A DNA stretch of 64,000 nt from a virus (lineage: Duplodnaviria; Caudoviricetes): positions 1 through 64,000 of the IMG/VR virus record IMGVR_UViG_3300021400_001580, one strand, 5' to 3'. Position numbers and translations under genes: made by a program. This document shows positions 1 to 11,100 of this stretch, in pieces (within the stretch, counting starts at the first letter, position 1; each line of letters begins with the position of its first letter). The notes beneath the pieces were generated by a model. It saw nothing but the letters and a program-made list of their open reading frames with translations, was not told the DNA's origin and made no database searches.

Positions 1-2
1 TT

Positions 3-626
3 GTAAATCCCGAAGTAAATGAACCCACTCCTGTACAGGAAGAACCTGTAGATCAGGAGCCAGTAGCTCCAGTTGAGCCTGCGGCTGAACCAGCTGCAGA
101 GCCAGCCGCAGAACCAGCAGAAGAATTTGCTGCTGAGGAATCTGCCGCTGAACCAGTTGAACCTGCGGCCGAGCCCGCAGAACCAGCTGCTACGGAGCCT
201 GAACCCACGATTGATTTTGAAGCTCGTATTACCGAACTTGAAAATCAGCTAAATGAAATGACTACTAATTATGAGAATGCCCAGAATCGTATCGCAGAAC
301 TTGAGTCTAAGATAACATCCGCGTCTGAGACTGAAGCTTCCCTACGGGATCAAATTGCAGTGTATGAGGCTGAACATGCTCGTGTAGAAGTAGAACAAAA
401 AGAAGCTTTGGTAGATCGTTATATGAATAATGGTCTAACTGAAGAAGATATTAGCCCAATTCGTGCAGAGATAGAATAGTTCTCTCTTGCAGATTTGGAA
501 AGCAAGCTCGCAATTTGCTATGCTAATAAACAAATGGCTGGCAGTGCTGACAACAAAGTAGTTCCACTACCAGAACCTGTTGTTGATGAATTCGCGTTAT
601 TTATGCAGAAATATCGCAAGAACTAA
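3..626 (+). CDS. Capsid scaffold/prohead-associated protein, C-terminal part (5' partial; one in-frame TAG)
   Basis: Frame open from position 3 (VNPEVNEPTPVQEEPVDQEPVAPVEPAAEPAAEP... acidic Pro/Ala linker, then coiled coil). TAG at 477-479 reads through into FSLADLESKLAIC...FALFMQKYRKN, ending TAA at 624-626 just before the RBS of the next gene. Lies upstream of the decoration and capsid genes. Confidence 0.7.
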
Positions 627-639
627 GGAGGAATAAGCG

Positions 640-1194
640 ATGAAAAGATTTCCTTGTGAAAATTATGCCAGCCTCGAATTAAATCAGGTAGCTTTCCCTA
701 AGACTGGCATGGTAGTTTCCCAAGTACCTCTCGGAACTGCGTTCACTGAGGACGCGCCTTGCGAGAATGGTATGTGGGTAGTCGCTGATAAGGCCGCTGG
801 TGCAATTAATGCTCCTGCCGCTGCGACTGATAAGCCCATTGGTATTGTATATACCACTGAAAAAGAATATAATGACATTCGGACTTGGGGCCTAAAGAAT
901 TTTGGCCGCAAGATCGCCGGTGATTATCCCCGTGTAGGTATCCTAGGTCTAGGTGATACCGTAACCACTAATTGTCTACAATATAATGATACTACTTATG
1001 CTACTTTTGCTGCTCTAGAGGCTGTGCTAAATGCCGCCGCTACTACGCCCGTATATGTGGCTCCTGTAGCTGGTTCTGCTGTACCTCAGCTAACGGCTTC
1101 TAAGCCCGCTTCTGGTATCTATGGTAAGGTTGTAAAGTATTACACCATGCCTAATGGCGAGAAGGGCGTCAAGTATCAGATTGTAAGTCTATAA
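640..1194 (+). CDS. Putative capsid decoration/minor head protein (184 aa, TAG-free)
   Basis: Strong RBS (AAGGAGG) and high-expression codon bias. Position between scaffold and major capsid gene. Function inferred from synteny. Confidence 0.55.
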   Translation: MKRFPCENYASLELNQVAFPKTGMVVSQVPLGTAFTEDAPCENGMWVVADKAAGAINAPAAATDKPIGIVYTTEKEYNDIRTWGLKNFGRKIAGDYPRVGILGLGDTVTTNCLQYNDTTYATFAALEAVLNAAATTPVYVAPVAGSAVPQLTASKPASGIYGKVVKYYTMPNGEKGVKYQIVSL

Positions 1195-1210
1195 TCAGGA
1201 GGTGCGAACT

Positions 1211-2317
1211 ATGAATAAGCTACAAGTTTTAATGAATGGCGTGTTTGGCCGCAAGGTTCCCGCCGAGTTCGCTGCGGATGATTATGATTATGAATCTGCT
1301 CTACGCGACGAGCTCTCTAAGCTAATGTGCGACTCTAAGGGCCGCGTTAGCCGCAATGTATTTGAAAAGAATAAGTATGATATCTTTGAGCTACTATCTC
1401 AGAATCTAGAAGAGGTTCTACCCCAGTCTATTAAGGCTGCTCTAGATATGTTCACTGAGACCATTTATGTTGGTCAGGGTGACCGTATTGAGTTCCGTGT
1501 GACTCGTGGTAAGCAGCGCGGTAAGCAGTTCGTTACTCGTGCTACCGAGTCTGGTAATTATGAAACCTTCCGTCTAGATCGTGACCGTTTTGACCTATAT
1601 CCTCAGGCTATTGGTGGCGCTGGTTATGTTGATTTTGAGCGCTATCTTGATGGTCTTGAGAGCATGACCGATATCTTTGAGGTTATTCAGGAAGGTATTA
1701 CTGATCGTATTTTTGAAATGGTACAGGAATGCTTACTAGCTTCTTGGAATCAGGCTGGTCGCCCTGTTCGCAATAAGGTTGCTACCAATGCCTTCAATCC
1801 TGCCGCAATGAAGAAGCTCTGCAATACTGTTGCTCCTTATGGCGCTCCAGTTATTTATTGCACTCCTGAGTTTGCTGCTGAAATGGTTAATGTTATTGTT
1901 TATAGCAGTGCAAGTCCTTCTTGGACTGGCGGCAAGATTTCTGATCAGGATATGATCGATATTCGTGAACGCGGATATATTGGCAAGTTCCAGGGCGTTC
2001 CAGTAGTAGTAATGCCGCAGTCCTTCACTGATGAAACCAATACCAAGGTACTAATGAATCCCGCTTTCGCGTATGTACTACCCGCCGGTCGTGAGAAGAT
2101 CGTCAAGCTAGGCTTTGAGGGTTCTCCTTATTTCCGTACTTGGGATGATCATGAAGGCGATAATTCTATCGTACTACAGGGTTATGTAAAGGTTGGCGTT
2201 GGTATTTATACTACTCCTAATTATTGGGGTATTTATTACAACGCTGGTCTAAGCCAGGGCAGCGGTTGGGAGACCTATAACTCTGCTCTAGTAAACAATG
2301 CTGAAATTCAGGGTTAA
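1211..2317 (+). CDS. Major capsid protein (368 aa, TAG-free)
   Basis: AGGAGGTG RBS places the start at ATG 1211 rather than GTG 1202. Size, strongest codon bias in the window, HK97-like C-terminal pattern (GYIGKFQGVPVVVMP) and position in the head module. Confidence 0.8.
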   Translation: MNKLQVLMNGVFGRKVPAEFAADDYDYESALRDELSKLMCDSKGRVSRNVFEKNKYDIFELLSQNLEEVLPQSIKAALDMFTETIYVGQGDRIEFRVTRGKQRGKQFVTRATESGNYETFRLDRDRFDLYPQAIGGAGYVDFERYLDGLESMTDIFEVIQEGITDRIFEMVQECLLASWNQAGRPVRNKVATNAFNPAAMKKLCNTVAPYGAPVIYCTPEFAAEMVNVIVYSSASPSWTGGKISDQDMIDIRERGYIGKFQGVPVVVMPQSFTDETNTKVLMNPAFAYVLPAGREKIVKLGFEGSPYFRTWDDHEGDNSIVLQGYVKVGVGIYTTPNYWGIYYNAGLSQGSGWETYNSALVNNAEIQG

Positions 2318-2326
2318 TTGATATAA

Positions 2327-2352
2327 GGGAGGCGGGTAAATTCCCGCCTCCC
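2327..2352 (+). terminator. GC-rich stem-loop after the capsid gene (no U-tract)
   Basis: GGGAGGCGGG-taaatt-CCCGCCTCCC, a perfect 10-bp stem. No poly-T follows, so it may be an mRNA 3' stabiliser or attenuator rather than a strong terminator. Confidence 0.55.
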
Positions 2353-2377
2353 AATGGAGTAAAAAGGAGGATTTGGT

Positions 2378-2815
2378 ATGATTACTATTAAAAACATAAG
2401 TAGTTCACTAGTATCTTTATACGCGCCAGCGATACATTTTAATCGTGAACTTACACCCGGGCGCGAAATTCCACTATCTGACGAGGAATATAATGAGCTT
2501 ATTTTTGATTCCGGCTTTATGTCTCTAGTAGATAGCCATTATATTCAGATTAAAGGTGTAGAAGAAGATCAGCAAGTTGAAATTGTAACTAATGTGTTTG
2601 ACAAGAATGAAATTGAGAGGATGCTTGTAAAGAATGATATTACGGCATTTGCTAAGTTTATTCCTACTGCTACTGACGCAGAAAAAGACAGCGTGGTGAC
2701 TCTTGCAGTTGAACATAAGATTACAAGTGCTGGTATGGTTGCTTTGATTAAAAAGTACTGCGGCGTTGATATTATTAATGCAATAAATATGGCGCATCAA
2801 GCGGAAGAGAAGTGA
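2378..2815 (+). CDS. Hypothetical virion-module protein (145 aa)
   Basis: AAGGAGG RBS, clean ORF ending TGA, between capsid and neck genes. Confidence 0.7.
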   Translation: MITIKNISSSLVSLYAPAIHFNRELTPGREIPLSDEEYNELIFDSGFMSLVDSHYIQIKGVEEDQQVEIVTNVFDKNEIERMLVKNDITAFAKFIPTATDAEKDSVVTLAVEHKITSAGMVALIKKYCGVDIINAINMAHQAEEK

Positions 2816-2820
2816 TAAAT

Positions 2821-3312
2821 ATGGCGACACCTTTTTTAAAAGTATATGATGCCTTTTTGGCGCGAATAACAGCTGATGAATGGATGTTAGAAGAAGAGTT
2901 AGCTATTGTTGAACGCGACTGGTAGGAACTTTTGAAAATGGCAATCGCGCGCTTTAAATATCCGCGTGTTAGTTTAGATTTTGAAGTAGTTCCTGGAGTT
3001 GGTACAGAAGAATCAGCTTCTCAACTTCAAATGTATTAGTTTAAAGAAGAATTAACAAATGATGAGATTCAATTATTAGCTGTTTATATGAAGCATGAAT
3101 GGATTAAACGTTGTATTGCTGATTATAATCATCTGAGCACTCTGTATACCTCCAAGGATTTCTCCGCTGCGAATCACCTCGATAAATTAAATGACTTATA
3201 GCTTGCTGTTTAGACGGAAGTTGAAGAACAGCAGGATATATATGATAGATCTCGTGGAAAAGCCCCTGCAAAAATATTTAGATAGCTGGCCGGGAAAAAA
3301 CGAACTTACTAA
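2821..3312 (+). CDS. Putative head-tail adaptor/connector (163 aa, 5 in-frame TAG)
   Basis: Not in the ORF track. Hand translation MATPFLKVYDAFLARITADEWMLEEELAIVERDW*ELLKMAIARFKYPRVSLDF...KDFSAANHLDKLNDL*LAV*... is continuous to TAA at 3310-3312 if TAG is sense. Helical protein in the neck position. Confidence 0.7.
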
Positions 3313-3577
3313 TGTAACTTTTGATGGTTACAAGAATAAGTTAAAAGGCCGGTTATATGGGTTATTATGTGAGCGCGAGAAAGATGGAGAGTGGGAAAAG
3401 TTCTTAGATTCTATTATAACCGAGTTAATCGGACTTGGTGCTAATTCAATTAATTGGTGGCCGCTAATAGGTAAATTAGTGCTTGCGCGCTATCTCTCAT
3501 ATGAATATTTTAGAAAAAATATTTTTGAGTGTATGAACTTAGTTAGCGGCCTGACCACACCTAATGAACTATCTTGA
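3242..3577 (+). CDS. Hypothetical neck-region protein (~111 aa)
   Basis: Track ORF 3191..3577. ATG 3242 has AGGA upstream and overlaps the previous gene by ~70 nt. Start uncertain. Confidence 0.55.
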   Translation: MIDLVEKPLQKYLDSWPGKNELTNVTFDGYKNKLKGRLYGLLCEREKDGEWEKFLDSIITELIGLGANSINWWPLIGKLVLARYLSYEYFRKNIFECMNLVSGLTTPNELS

Positions 3578-4802
3578 TGTGTACTTTTCCCGCATTAATT
3601 ATTTTGGAGAAACAGAAGCAGAGCGCATAAAAAATAGTGGGATGGTATAGTTTGAGAAGTGGATGGCGACATCACCATTTACAGTACTTGATTTATCAGT
3701 AGAGCGCGGAATATATTTCAGCGGCATTATTCAAACTAGTAAAGATAAAGAAGAGTAGAAACTTATGTATTTATACGTGGCCAACGATATCCCAATTCAA
3801 GTCGGTGATATATTGACCTGGCGGCAAGATGATGGACAAGTCGAGAAATGGTTATTATTATAGAAAATACATAAAGTACATGGAACATACCAAACCTTCT
3901 AGATTATAAAATGTAATTATGAATTAAAATGGATTGATACGGATGGCTACTTGCGCAAATCCTGGGCGTATGCAGTAAGTTCAGTCGATAGTAAAGTTAA
4001 GGGTAACTTCCGTATGTGGCATTCATTAATTTCACCGCAACCTAATAAATTTGCTGAAATTATTATGCCTAGGCCCATCTTTAGAGAGAATAGCGCGGAT
4101 TATGATGAATTAATGCGCGGTGTTACGTTCATTATTGAAAACGAAGGATGGGTTGTAATTGAGTGCGATTGGACTAGTGTTGAAGGTATTGTATATATGT
4201 CTTTGACAGAAAGTAAAGTTAATTATTAGTATGATGATCGCAAATTAGATGTTGCGGATACAGATAGGTATAAATTTCCTGATTTACCGACTTTATACAA
4301 GGTAGGAGAAGCAATTGTTCCACAATTTGAAGCTGGAACATTAAATCAGTGGGAAATTGAATTAATTAAGCCTGAAGATTGCGATTTGATTGATGATCAT
4401 TTTATAGCGGCCAAGCCGGGCCAATGTGTTGTTACTATGAGATTAAAGAATCGTCCAGCCGTTATGAAAAATATAGAAATTACTATTAGTCCAACAGAAC
4501 AAGAATTTGTAGCTTATATTGATGGTCCAGATCAATTACGTCTAGACCGTCAAGGAGTATATACCCTACAGGGGAATGCTTTGATAGACAGTGAAGATGT
4601 TCTTATTAATATATAGGAAGATCCAAGTGCGAAAAAGAAGCCTTCTGATTATGCAACTATTAGATAGGATGTAGATAAAGAAGGAAATCGAATTTTTGTT
4701 CTTCATGCAAATGCTCAAAATAAATTAGGAAAACTAGTTTTAGTAGCAACTTATAATAATGTAGAATATACTAAAACAGTTGAGATAATTCCATTATGGT
4801 GA
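3564..4802 (+). CDS. Putative head-closure/neck protein with C-terminal Ig-like region (412 aa, several in-frame TAG)
   Basis: MNYLDVYFSRINYFGETEAERIKNSGMV*FEKWM...; track fragments 3951..4229 and 4386..4616 share this frame and are joined by TAG. Ends ...VEIIPLW-TGA at 4800-4802. Confidence 0.7.
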
Positions 4803-4812
4803 GGTGAGAATC

Positions 4813-5319
4813 ATGGTATTAGAATAGCCTTCACAACGTCGCTTTGCTGTAATGGGTGAAAATACTTTTAAAATAGCAAATAAAATAATGCAAAATTAGA
4901 ACATATGTCGGCTATTAAAATATTAGGTACGTGACCCTTTTGATGAAGAAAAATATGAGAACGTTGATGGGTTAACTTTATTAAATAAACAAATTTTAAT
5001 TGTTCCTAAAATCTTTGATGAAAGCACAGAAAAAATGTCATACATTACTGCTGTGTTTGCTAACTTTGTTGTGAACCCAATAAATCCTGATTTTAAGTTA
5101 TCTACTATTCGATTTGATATTGCTTGCCCTTATGATGAATGGGTTCTTAGCGGCGCATCCTTGCGGCCGTATCTTATGATGGAAGAAGTAGATAAAATGT
5201 TTAATCAGGCACAAATGAAAGGTATTGGAACATTACAATTTGTGCGTGCTGATGCTCTTACTTTGACGCCGCAAATTGGCGGTTATTCAATGGTATATTA
5301 GATTAATGAATTTAACTGA
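4813..5319 (+). CDS. Putative tail terminator/completion protein (168 aa, 4 in-frame TAG)
   Basis: GAGGTG RBS. MVLE*PSQRRFAVMGENTFKIANKIMQN*NICRLLKY*VRDPF... is in frame with track fragment 5035..5301 and ends TGA at 5317-5319. Confidence 0.65.
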
Positions 5320-6085
5320 TACAGAAGTTCTCAAATTTCAAAAAGGTTCTCCAGTATTTATAGAAGACATATGTGCAGTTTATCCGGCACGTCTTGGAGA
5401 GATTGTGGAGCTTGGTTATGATAAATTTTAGTAGTATCTCTCGATTGCTACGCTTACCAAGCCAGTGGATGCAGGTAAATAGGATGCGGAACTACATAAT
5501 ATGTTAATGGAATTAACAGATTTTTAGTTTATCCTATTTATGGCGAGTATTGATTCAAATATGAATGCTGCATTAAAGGATGGTATTCATTTCTTTACTC
5601 ATGAAGAAGCAACACTTTCCCTTGATCCTCCGCAGATTTTTATCGGCCCCCTTACTGATTAGCGGATTTTAACCGAAAAAACCTTCTATGATTTTTAGCG
5701 GTTATTGCGCCGAATGTATTTTATTGAGAATGAAGGCGATGAGATCATAATATATGAAGACGATTTGCCGCAAACTAAGCGTCTTAAGTAGAAGATGCGT
5801 GAAAATCGAGAAAAAGTTAGACGTGCAAAAGCCAAATAGGCCGCACGCGAAAAATCAGATTTAAAGCTATCAGACCTAATTGGAAGTATGGCTTTAAATG
5901 ATTGTAATCTCAATATGATTAATATATGGGATTTGACATATTATGCTTTTCATGATCAGCTAAAGCGGATGGGTTGGCGTGACTAGTTTAATATAAATTA
6001 GAAAGCAGCCCTTGCGGGCGCGAAAATTCAAAAGTCATAGTTGAAGCATTGGATGCGTTCCATTGCTAACTCTGATAAATCATGA
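5306..6085 (+). CDS. Hypothetical tail-assembly protein (259 aa, ~11 in-frame TAG)
   Basis: Absent from the track. Hand translation MNLTDTEVLKFQKGSPVFIEDICAVYPARLGEIVELGYDKF**YLSI...IWDLTYYAFHDQLKRMGWRD*FNIN*KAALAGAKIQKS*LKHWMRSI... is open to TGA at 6083-6085 and fills the gap exactly. Confidence 0.7.
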
Positions 6086-6106
6086 TTTGTGAGGAGGTAA
6101 TCTCTT

Positions 6107-7072
6107 ATGGCAGATGTTAATATTTTTGATAAATATGGCATAAAAGAAGTTGCTAATGTATACTTTGAGGCCCTAGATGATGACCTTGCTGCAGGCGTAT
6201 ATAAAGGAGACATCGTTCTTTTCCTAGATACGTTAAAAGTATCCACTATTGAGACCACTGCTGAAAATACAGCAGCGCAGGGCGGTTGGGGCAATCCACG
6301 CCTTATTCAGTGGGACTATGGTAAGGAAATCAATATTACTCTAGAGGATGCTCTAATGTCTCTAGAATCTCTACGTTTCATGCTAGGTGGTGCTATTAAG
6401 CGGCCTGCTACTACCGCCCCTGTTGTAGTCCGTCATACTGAGGAAGTTGTTTGCGGCGCTAAGGGCGTTGTACCAAAGCCCAAGGATCACCTAACTGGTG
6501 TCGAGCTAACTCCTAAGTATACTGCGGGTCATCCAATTCGTGTAATCGATCTAACCAATGGTTATCGTACTCAGATAGCCACTGCTAATGCTCAGATCGA
6601 TGGTACTAAGGTGATTACATTTGTTAACCCAGCGGCTGGTATTGAGTCTGCTACTACCAAGCAGGGCGACCATCTCCGTATTTTCTGGGAAGAGGTTCTA
6701 GTAGGCGATCAGGCTGAAACCGAGAGTGCCGTTGAGGTAACCATTTCTCCTGATACCTTCCCTGGAACTTACAAGATTGTTGGCGACACCTTTATGCGTT
6801 CTGAGAAGACCGGTAAGGACGAGCCCTTCCAGTTCATTATCAATAAGGCGAAGGTACAGAGCAATGTAACTCTAACCCTACAGGCTGAAGGCGATCCTAC
6901 TACCTTTGAAATGACTCTAAACGTATTACGTTCTACCAATGATCGCGGTGAGAATGAGATGATGAAGCTAGTCCGTTATAATATCGGTGCTACGACTGAA
7001 GAGAGCTCCGGCAATGATACCGGCTCTCTAACTGATCCTCCCGTCGGCGGTTCTACCGGTGATAATCCCTAA
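6107..7072 (+). CDS. Major tail tube protein (321 aa, TAG-free)
   Basis: GAGGAGGT RBS, high-expression codon bias, own terminator, position before the tape measure gene. Beta-rich tube-like sequence (GGWGNPRLIQWDYGK...; LTLQAEGDPTTFEMTL). Confidence 0.75.
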   Translation: MADVNIFDKYGIKEVANVYFEALDDDLAAGVYKGDIVLFLDTLKVSTIETTAENTAAQGGWGNPRLIQWDYGKEINITLEDALMSLESLRFMLGGAIKRPATTAPVVVRHTEEVVCGAKGVVPKPKDHLTGVELTPKYTAGHPIRVIDLTNGYRTQIATANAQIDGTKVITFVNPAAGIESATTKQGDHLRIFWEEVLVGDQAETESAVEVTISPDTFPGTYKIVGDTFMRSEKTGKDEPFQFIINKAKVQSNVTLTLQAEGDPTTFEMTLNVLRSTNDRGENEMMKLVRYNIGATTEESSGNDTGSLTDPPVGGSTGDNP

Positions 7073-7088
7073 TTAAATTGAATACGAT

Positions 7089-7120
7089 GGGCTCCCTGAA
7101 AAGGGAGCCCTTTTCTTTTT
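7089..7120 (+). terminator. Rho-independent terminator after the tail tube gene
   Basis: GGGCTCCCT-gaaa-AGGGAGCCC followed by TTTTCTTTTT. Confidence 0.9.
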
Positions 7121-7138
7121 ATAGGTGGTGAATAACCT

Positions 7139-8050
7139 ATGATAGATCAATATTTCGGCCATAAGGAGCTATATGAAGTCGTTTTGCGCGCGAAAGAACC
7201 AATGTGGTTGGGCGTGCGGAAGGTTGAAGCAAATGAACCGGTTTTGTATTTTAATAACGTAAACATGTCGCTATTAACTGAATCTACGCGAGTTACGGTT
7301 ATACGGGGTGGTTGGGCTAATCTGCCGCGTATAGTGTGGGAAGAAAAAGGCGAGCTTCAGTTTTAGATGACTGAGGGTGTAATGTCTTCTGTCGGCATGG
7401 CTATATTAATGGGCGCAAAAGTAGCATCTCCAGCACAACTGCAAACTCCAACGTATATTAATATGCGCGAAGGTCCGTTAACTCCTTTTATAATTGAAGA
7501 TGATTCTCATGTCTACCAAGATTATCCTGTAATTGAAATTAATCATGAACCTGTACTCGATCCAGTAGAACGGAAACTATTTATTTTTGAATATGATCGT
7601 AATGCTATTCAAAAAAAAGTATATGGTAGATATTTTAAAGAATCTGATGATTATGACGCAGAGCATCATCGTTTTTATTTAAGTGAAGATAAAAATTTTA
7701 CTATTCCAGCAAAAAATAACAGGAAATATGTTGTGGATTACTACTATAAATATAAGGGGAGTGAAGAAGATGCCTTAATTTACACAGTAGAAGATTCACG
7801 ATTTAACGGTCTTTTTACTTTAGAGGCTAAATTTTACTCAAAGGATGAAAATGAGGGCAATAATTATACAAATATATTGTATATGCCGAAAGTTAAGATT
7901 GTAAGTGATATTAACTTACGATTGGGAGAAAGGGCCGATCCTACTGTTTCCACATTTAATATTATTGGTATGTCGGAAGCTGTGGGGGATAGTAAAAATA
8001 TGATTTTATCAATTCAGCGGTTTAATGGTGATCTAAACGCTGAATTATAA
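7139..8050 (+). CDS. Second tail-tube-like paralog (303 aa, one in-frame TAG at 7364-7366)
   Basis: Track ORFs 7139..7366 and 7367..8050 are one frame joined by TAG. N- and C-terminal blocks align by eye with the 6107..7072 protein across the TAG. Confidence 0.7.
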
Positions 8051-8086
8051 GAGCCACTTTCTTCGGAAAGTGGCTCTCTTTTTTTT
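8051..8086 (+). terminator. Rho-independent terminator with a cUUCGg tetraloop
   Basis: GAGCCACTTTC-TTCG-GAAAGTGGCTC followed by TCTTTTTTTT. Confidence 0.9.
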
Positions 8087-8113
8087 ATTATACGCTAAAA
8101 GGAGATGAGGAGT

Positions 8114-11100
8114 ATGGCAACGGAGATTAATGTCCCAATAAAATTGTAGATTGCTAATTTATAGGATATTGTAAAGAGTATGCGAGGCGAGTTAAGTACC
8201 TTGCATGTTGATTCTACTAGCTATAAAAAGTTATCTGGAGTTATTACCGACATTGAAAGGCGGATCGCTTCACTTCAAGTTAAAGCATAGCATCCTTTTA
8301 TAAATGTTAAGCAATTTGCGGACGCGGAAAAGGAAGTTAATGCTATTGGAGATGATTTGTATAAATTACAAATTGAAGCGGGAAAAATTAAATTTGGCGA
8401 TTTATCTTTAAGTGCGGCGCAGTCAAATGAGTTAAAAGCATTTGATGCTACCTTAGCTGAAATTGATAAAAAGTTAAAAACAATATAGTCGGATGCAAAA
8501 ACTGCATTCTTACAATCAGATATTGGTAAGACATGGGCTAATGGCAAGAGTGACTCTGAGTTAAAGTCCATGGAAAAAATTACTGAGAAGATTTAGGAAG
8601 AAGTACGTACGCGTCAGGAAGCGTATGATTAGGCTGTTCAAGCATAGAAAGACTATAATACGCGCATGGAGGCCAGTAGAAAACTTACTAACTGGATGAA
8701 AGGCGGACATCAGCTTTCAGCAGAAACCATGGGAAAAACTTATGCTGAGGCGTTTAAAGCTAATGGTGATTTTAAAGCTGGTGGTAGAACATTACTCGCA
8801 GACTGGCTTACTAATGAATTTAGTTTACCACGCGATGTGGTCGAATCACTAGTAAAAAATTCCGGTAAGGCTGTATTAGAGGCGTTTAATTAGTTAAAAT
8901 CTGATACTGATGCTTAGTTGAAGGCAGAGGCCGCACGAGTGAAAGCCAGCGCTTCTGATGAACGAACTTCTACTAATCGCGGGCGCACTTATGCAGAAAA
9001 CATTACTAGGACTAAAACGGAATTAGAAACTAGTTAGCGGGTAGAAGCACAAGTAGTTGCTACTAATTTATCAGTAGTTAAGTCAGAAGAAACGTTACGC
9101 TAGGCATAGTAGGAGACTATTAACGCGAGACGTGAAGCTGAAAGAAGTATGCTATCTAGTGCACGAACCGCTATTGCCGAAGGGGATGCCGCGCGTTAGG
9201 CAGCCGGCGGTGTTCATGCATTACAAGATTCCCTTCGTGAGGGAAGTGAAACTATCTAGAAGTTTGATGCTGGAATTAGTAAATTATCTGGTGTTTCAAA
9301 TTTCATTAATAGATATATTGGTATATATGCAATAATGCGTCGAGTCGTATCAGCCATTCGTGATGCGTTTAATAATATTAAAGAGCTTGATAAGAATATT
9401 ACTAATATCGCTGTTGTTACTAACATGTCTTAGCAAGATTTGTGGGGAAAGATTGGCGAGTATACCGCAATGGCACAACAATACGGTGTTGCTACTAAAG
9501 ATGTTTATACAGTATCATAGATTTTCTATCAGCAAGGTTTACAGACTGCTTAGGTAATGTCTCTCACTACTGAAACATTAAAAATGGCAAAAATTGCTGG
9601 TATTGATTACAGTGATGCTGCTAATGCTATGACGGTGGCTGTTCGCGCATTTAAGATCGAAATGAGCGAAGCATAGCAGGTCACCGATACCTATAGCGCC
9701 TTGGCGGCGAAATTTGCTGTTAGTTCCGCAGAAATCGCGAACGCTATGGAAAAGACCGCATCTTCTGCGGCAAGCGTAGGTATGTCACTTTAGAGCACTT
9801 CGGCGTTCATGAGTGTTATGATTCAGACCACTCGTGAATCAGCACAAAACATTGGTTCTGCTATGAAATCCATCATTTCACGTTATGGTGAAATGAAGGC
9901 TTCTCCCGCATCTTTGTTAAATGTTGAGGGCGAAGAAGTTGCATTCAATAAAGTAGATACAGCATTGAAGTCTATTGGGATTTCTATTAAGGATGCCAGC
10001 GGGCAATTCCGTGACTTCGATGATGTTATTATGGAATTAGCGGCCAAATGGGATACATTAGACAACAATACGCAACGTTATATTGCTACTATTATGGCCG
10101 GTAACCGCCAGCAATCTCGTTTCATTGCTTTGGTTTCTAACTATGATGAATTAAGTCGTGCTATTTCTACCACGGATACGGCTGAAAATGCTAGTATTGT
10201 GTAGGTAGCAAAAACAATGGATTCATTGGAAACGAAAGCATAGCAGGTGTAGAATGCATTTTCGTAGATTTATTTAGATTTACATATTGAGAATGGATTA
10301 AAGACTATTTATGATTGGTTAACTAACATTTTAAAAACTATTGGTAAACTCGGTATAGCTAAGGGCGCAATTCCAGCTTTAACTGGTTTAATTGGCTTGG
10401 GTACTGGAACAAAAAACTTAATAGGCACTTTATAGAATCGGCTGCGTGAACGTTCAGCTGATATTAAAGTATAGAATGATGAAGCTTTAGCGAAAATTGA
10501 AGAGGTTCGTCAAGCTGCGGAAAAAGAGCTGGTTACTTAGTGGAAAGTAGAGGTAGATTAGGCATCATTAGAAGCATCAAAGGCACAAGTTGATGAAGTA
10601 ACTGGTGCGGATAAAAAACCGGAGTCTGTCCCGATAGGACCTGATGATATATAGCCCAAACCTTTATCCTAGGCACAAGAACCAGTAAATCCCGTAAAAG
10701 AACCTGAGTTACCAGAATCAGATGATACTGGTTTAGATGTAAAGCCTGCGCAAGACGGAGTAGATAGTCTTGCTTAGGGACTGAATGATTTATAGGATGA
10801 GCTAGAGACTAGCGGTCAATCTGCAGTTGAAAGTGCGGAAATAACTAAAAGTTCGAGAACCATTGAAGCAGAGGCTGCTCTTAAAGCTGCTAAAGAAAAT
10901 TATGCAAATGCCGATAGTACTTTAGAAGCGGCTAGAATAAATTTAGTCAATGCAAGAGAAGCGGCTGAACGGGTAAAGGGAGAGCGGACTGCTTCTGCAG
11001 ACTTAATTCGTGAACATTTAGCTTCAGCAGAAGCTATTAGGGCAAATGCTTTTGCAGCTCGTAGAGAGGCTGCGCAACGTGTAGCAAGCACTGAAGCCGA

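Noticed and set aside
3-225. Tandem DNA repeat element (GAACCAGCT/GAGCCAGCC-like units)
   Set aside because: It is protein-level low complexity (EPAA repeats) in the scaffold linker with synonymous variation, not a separate DNA element.
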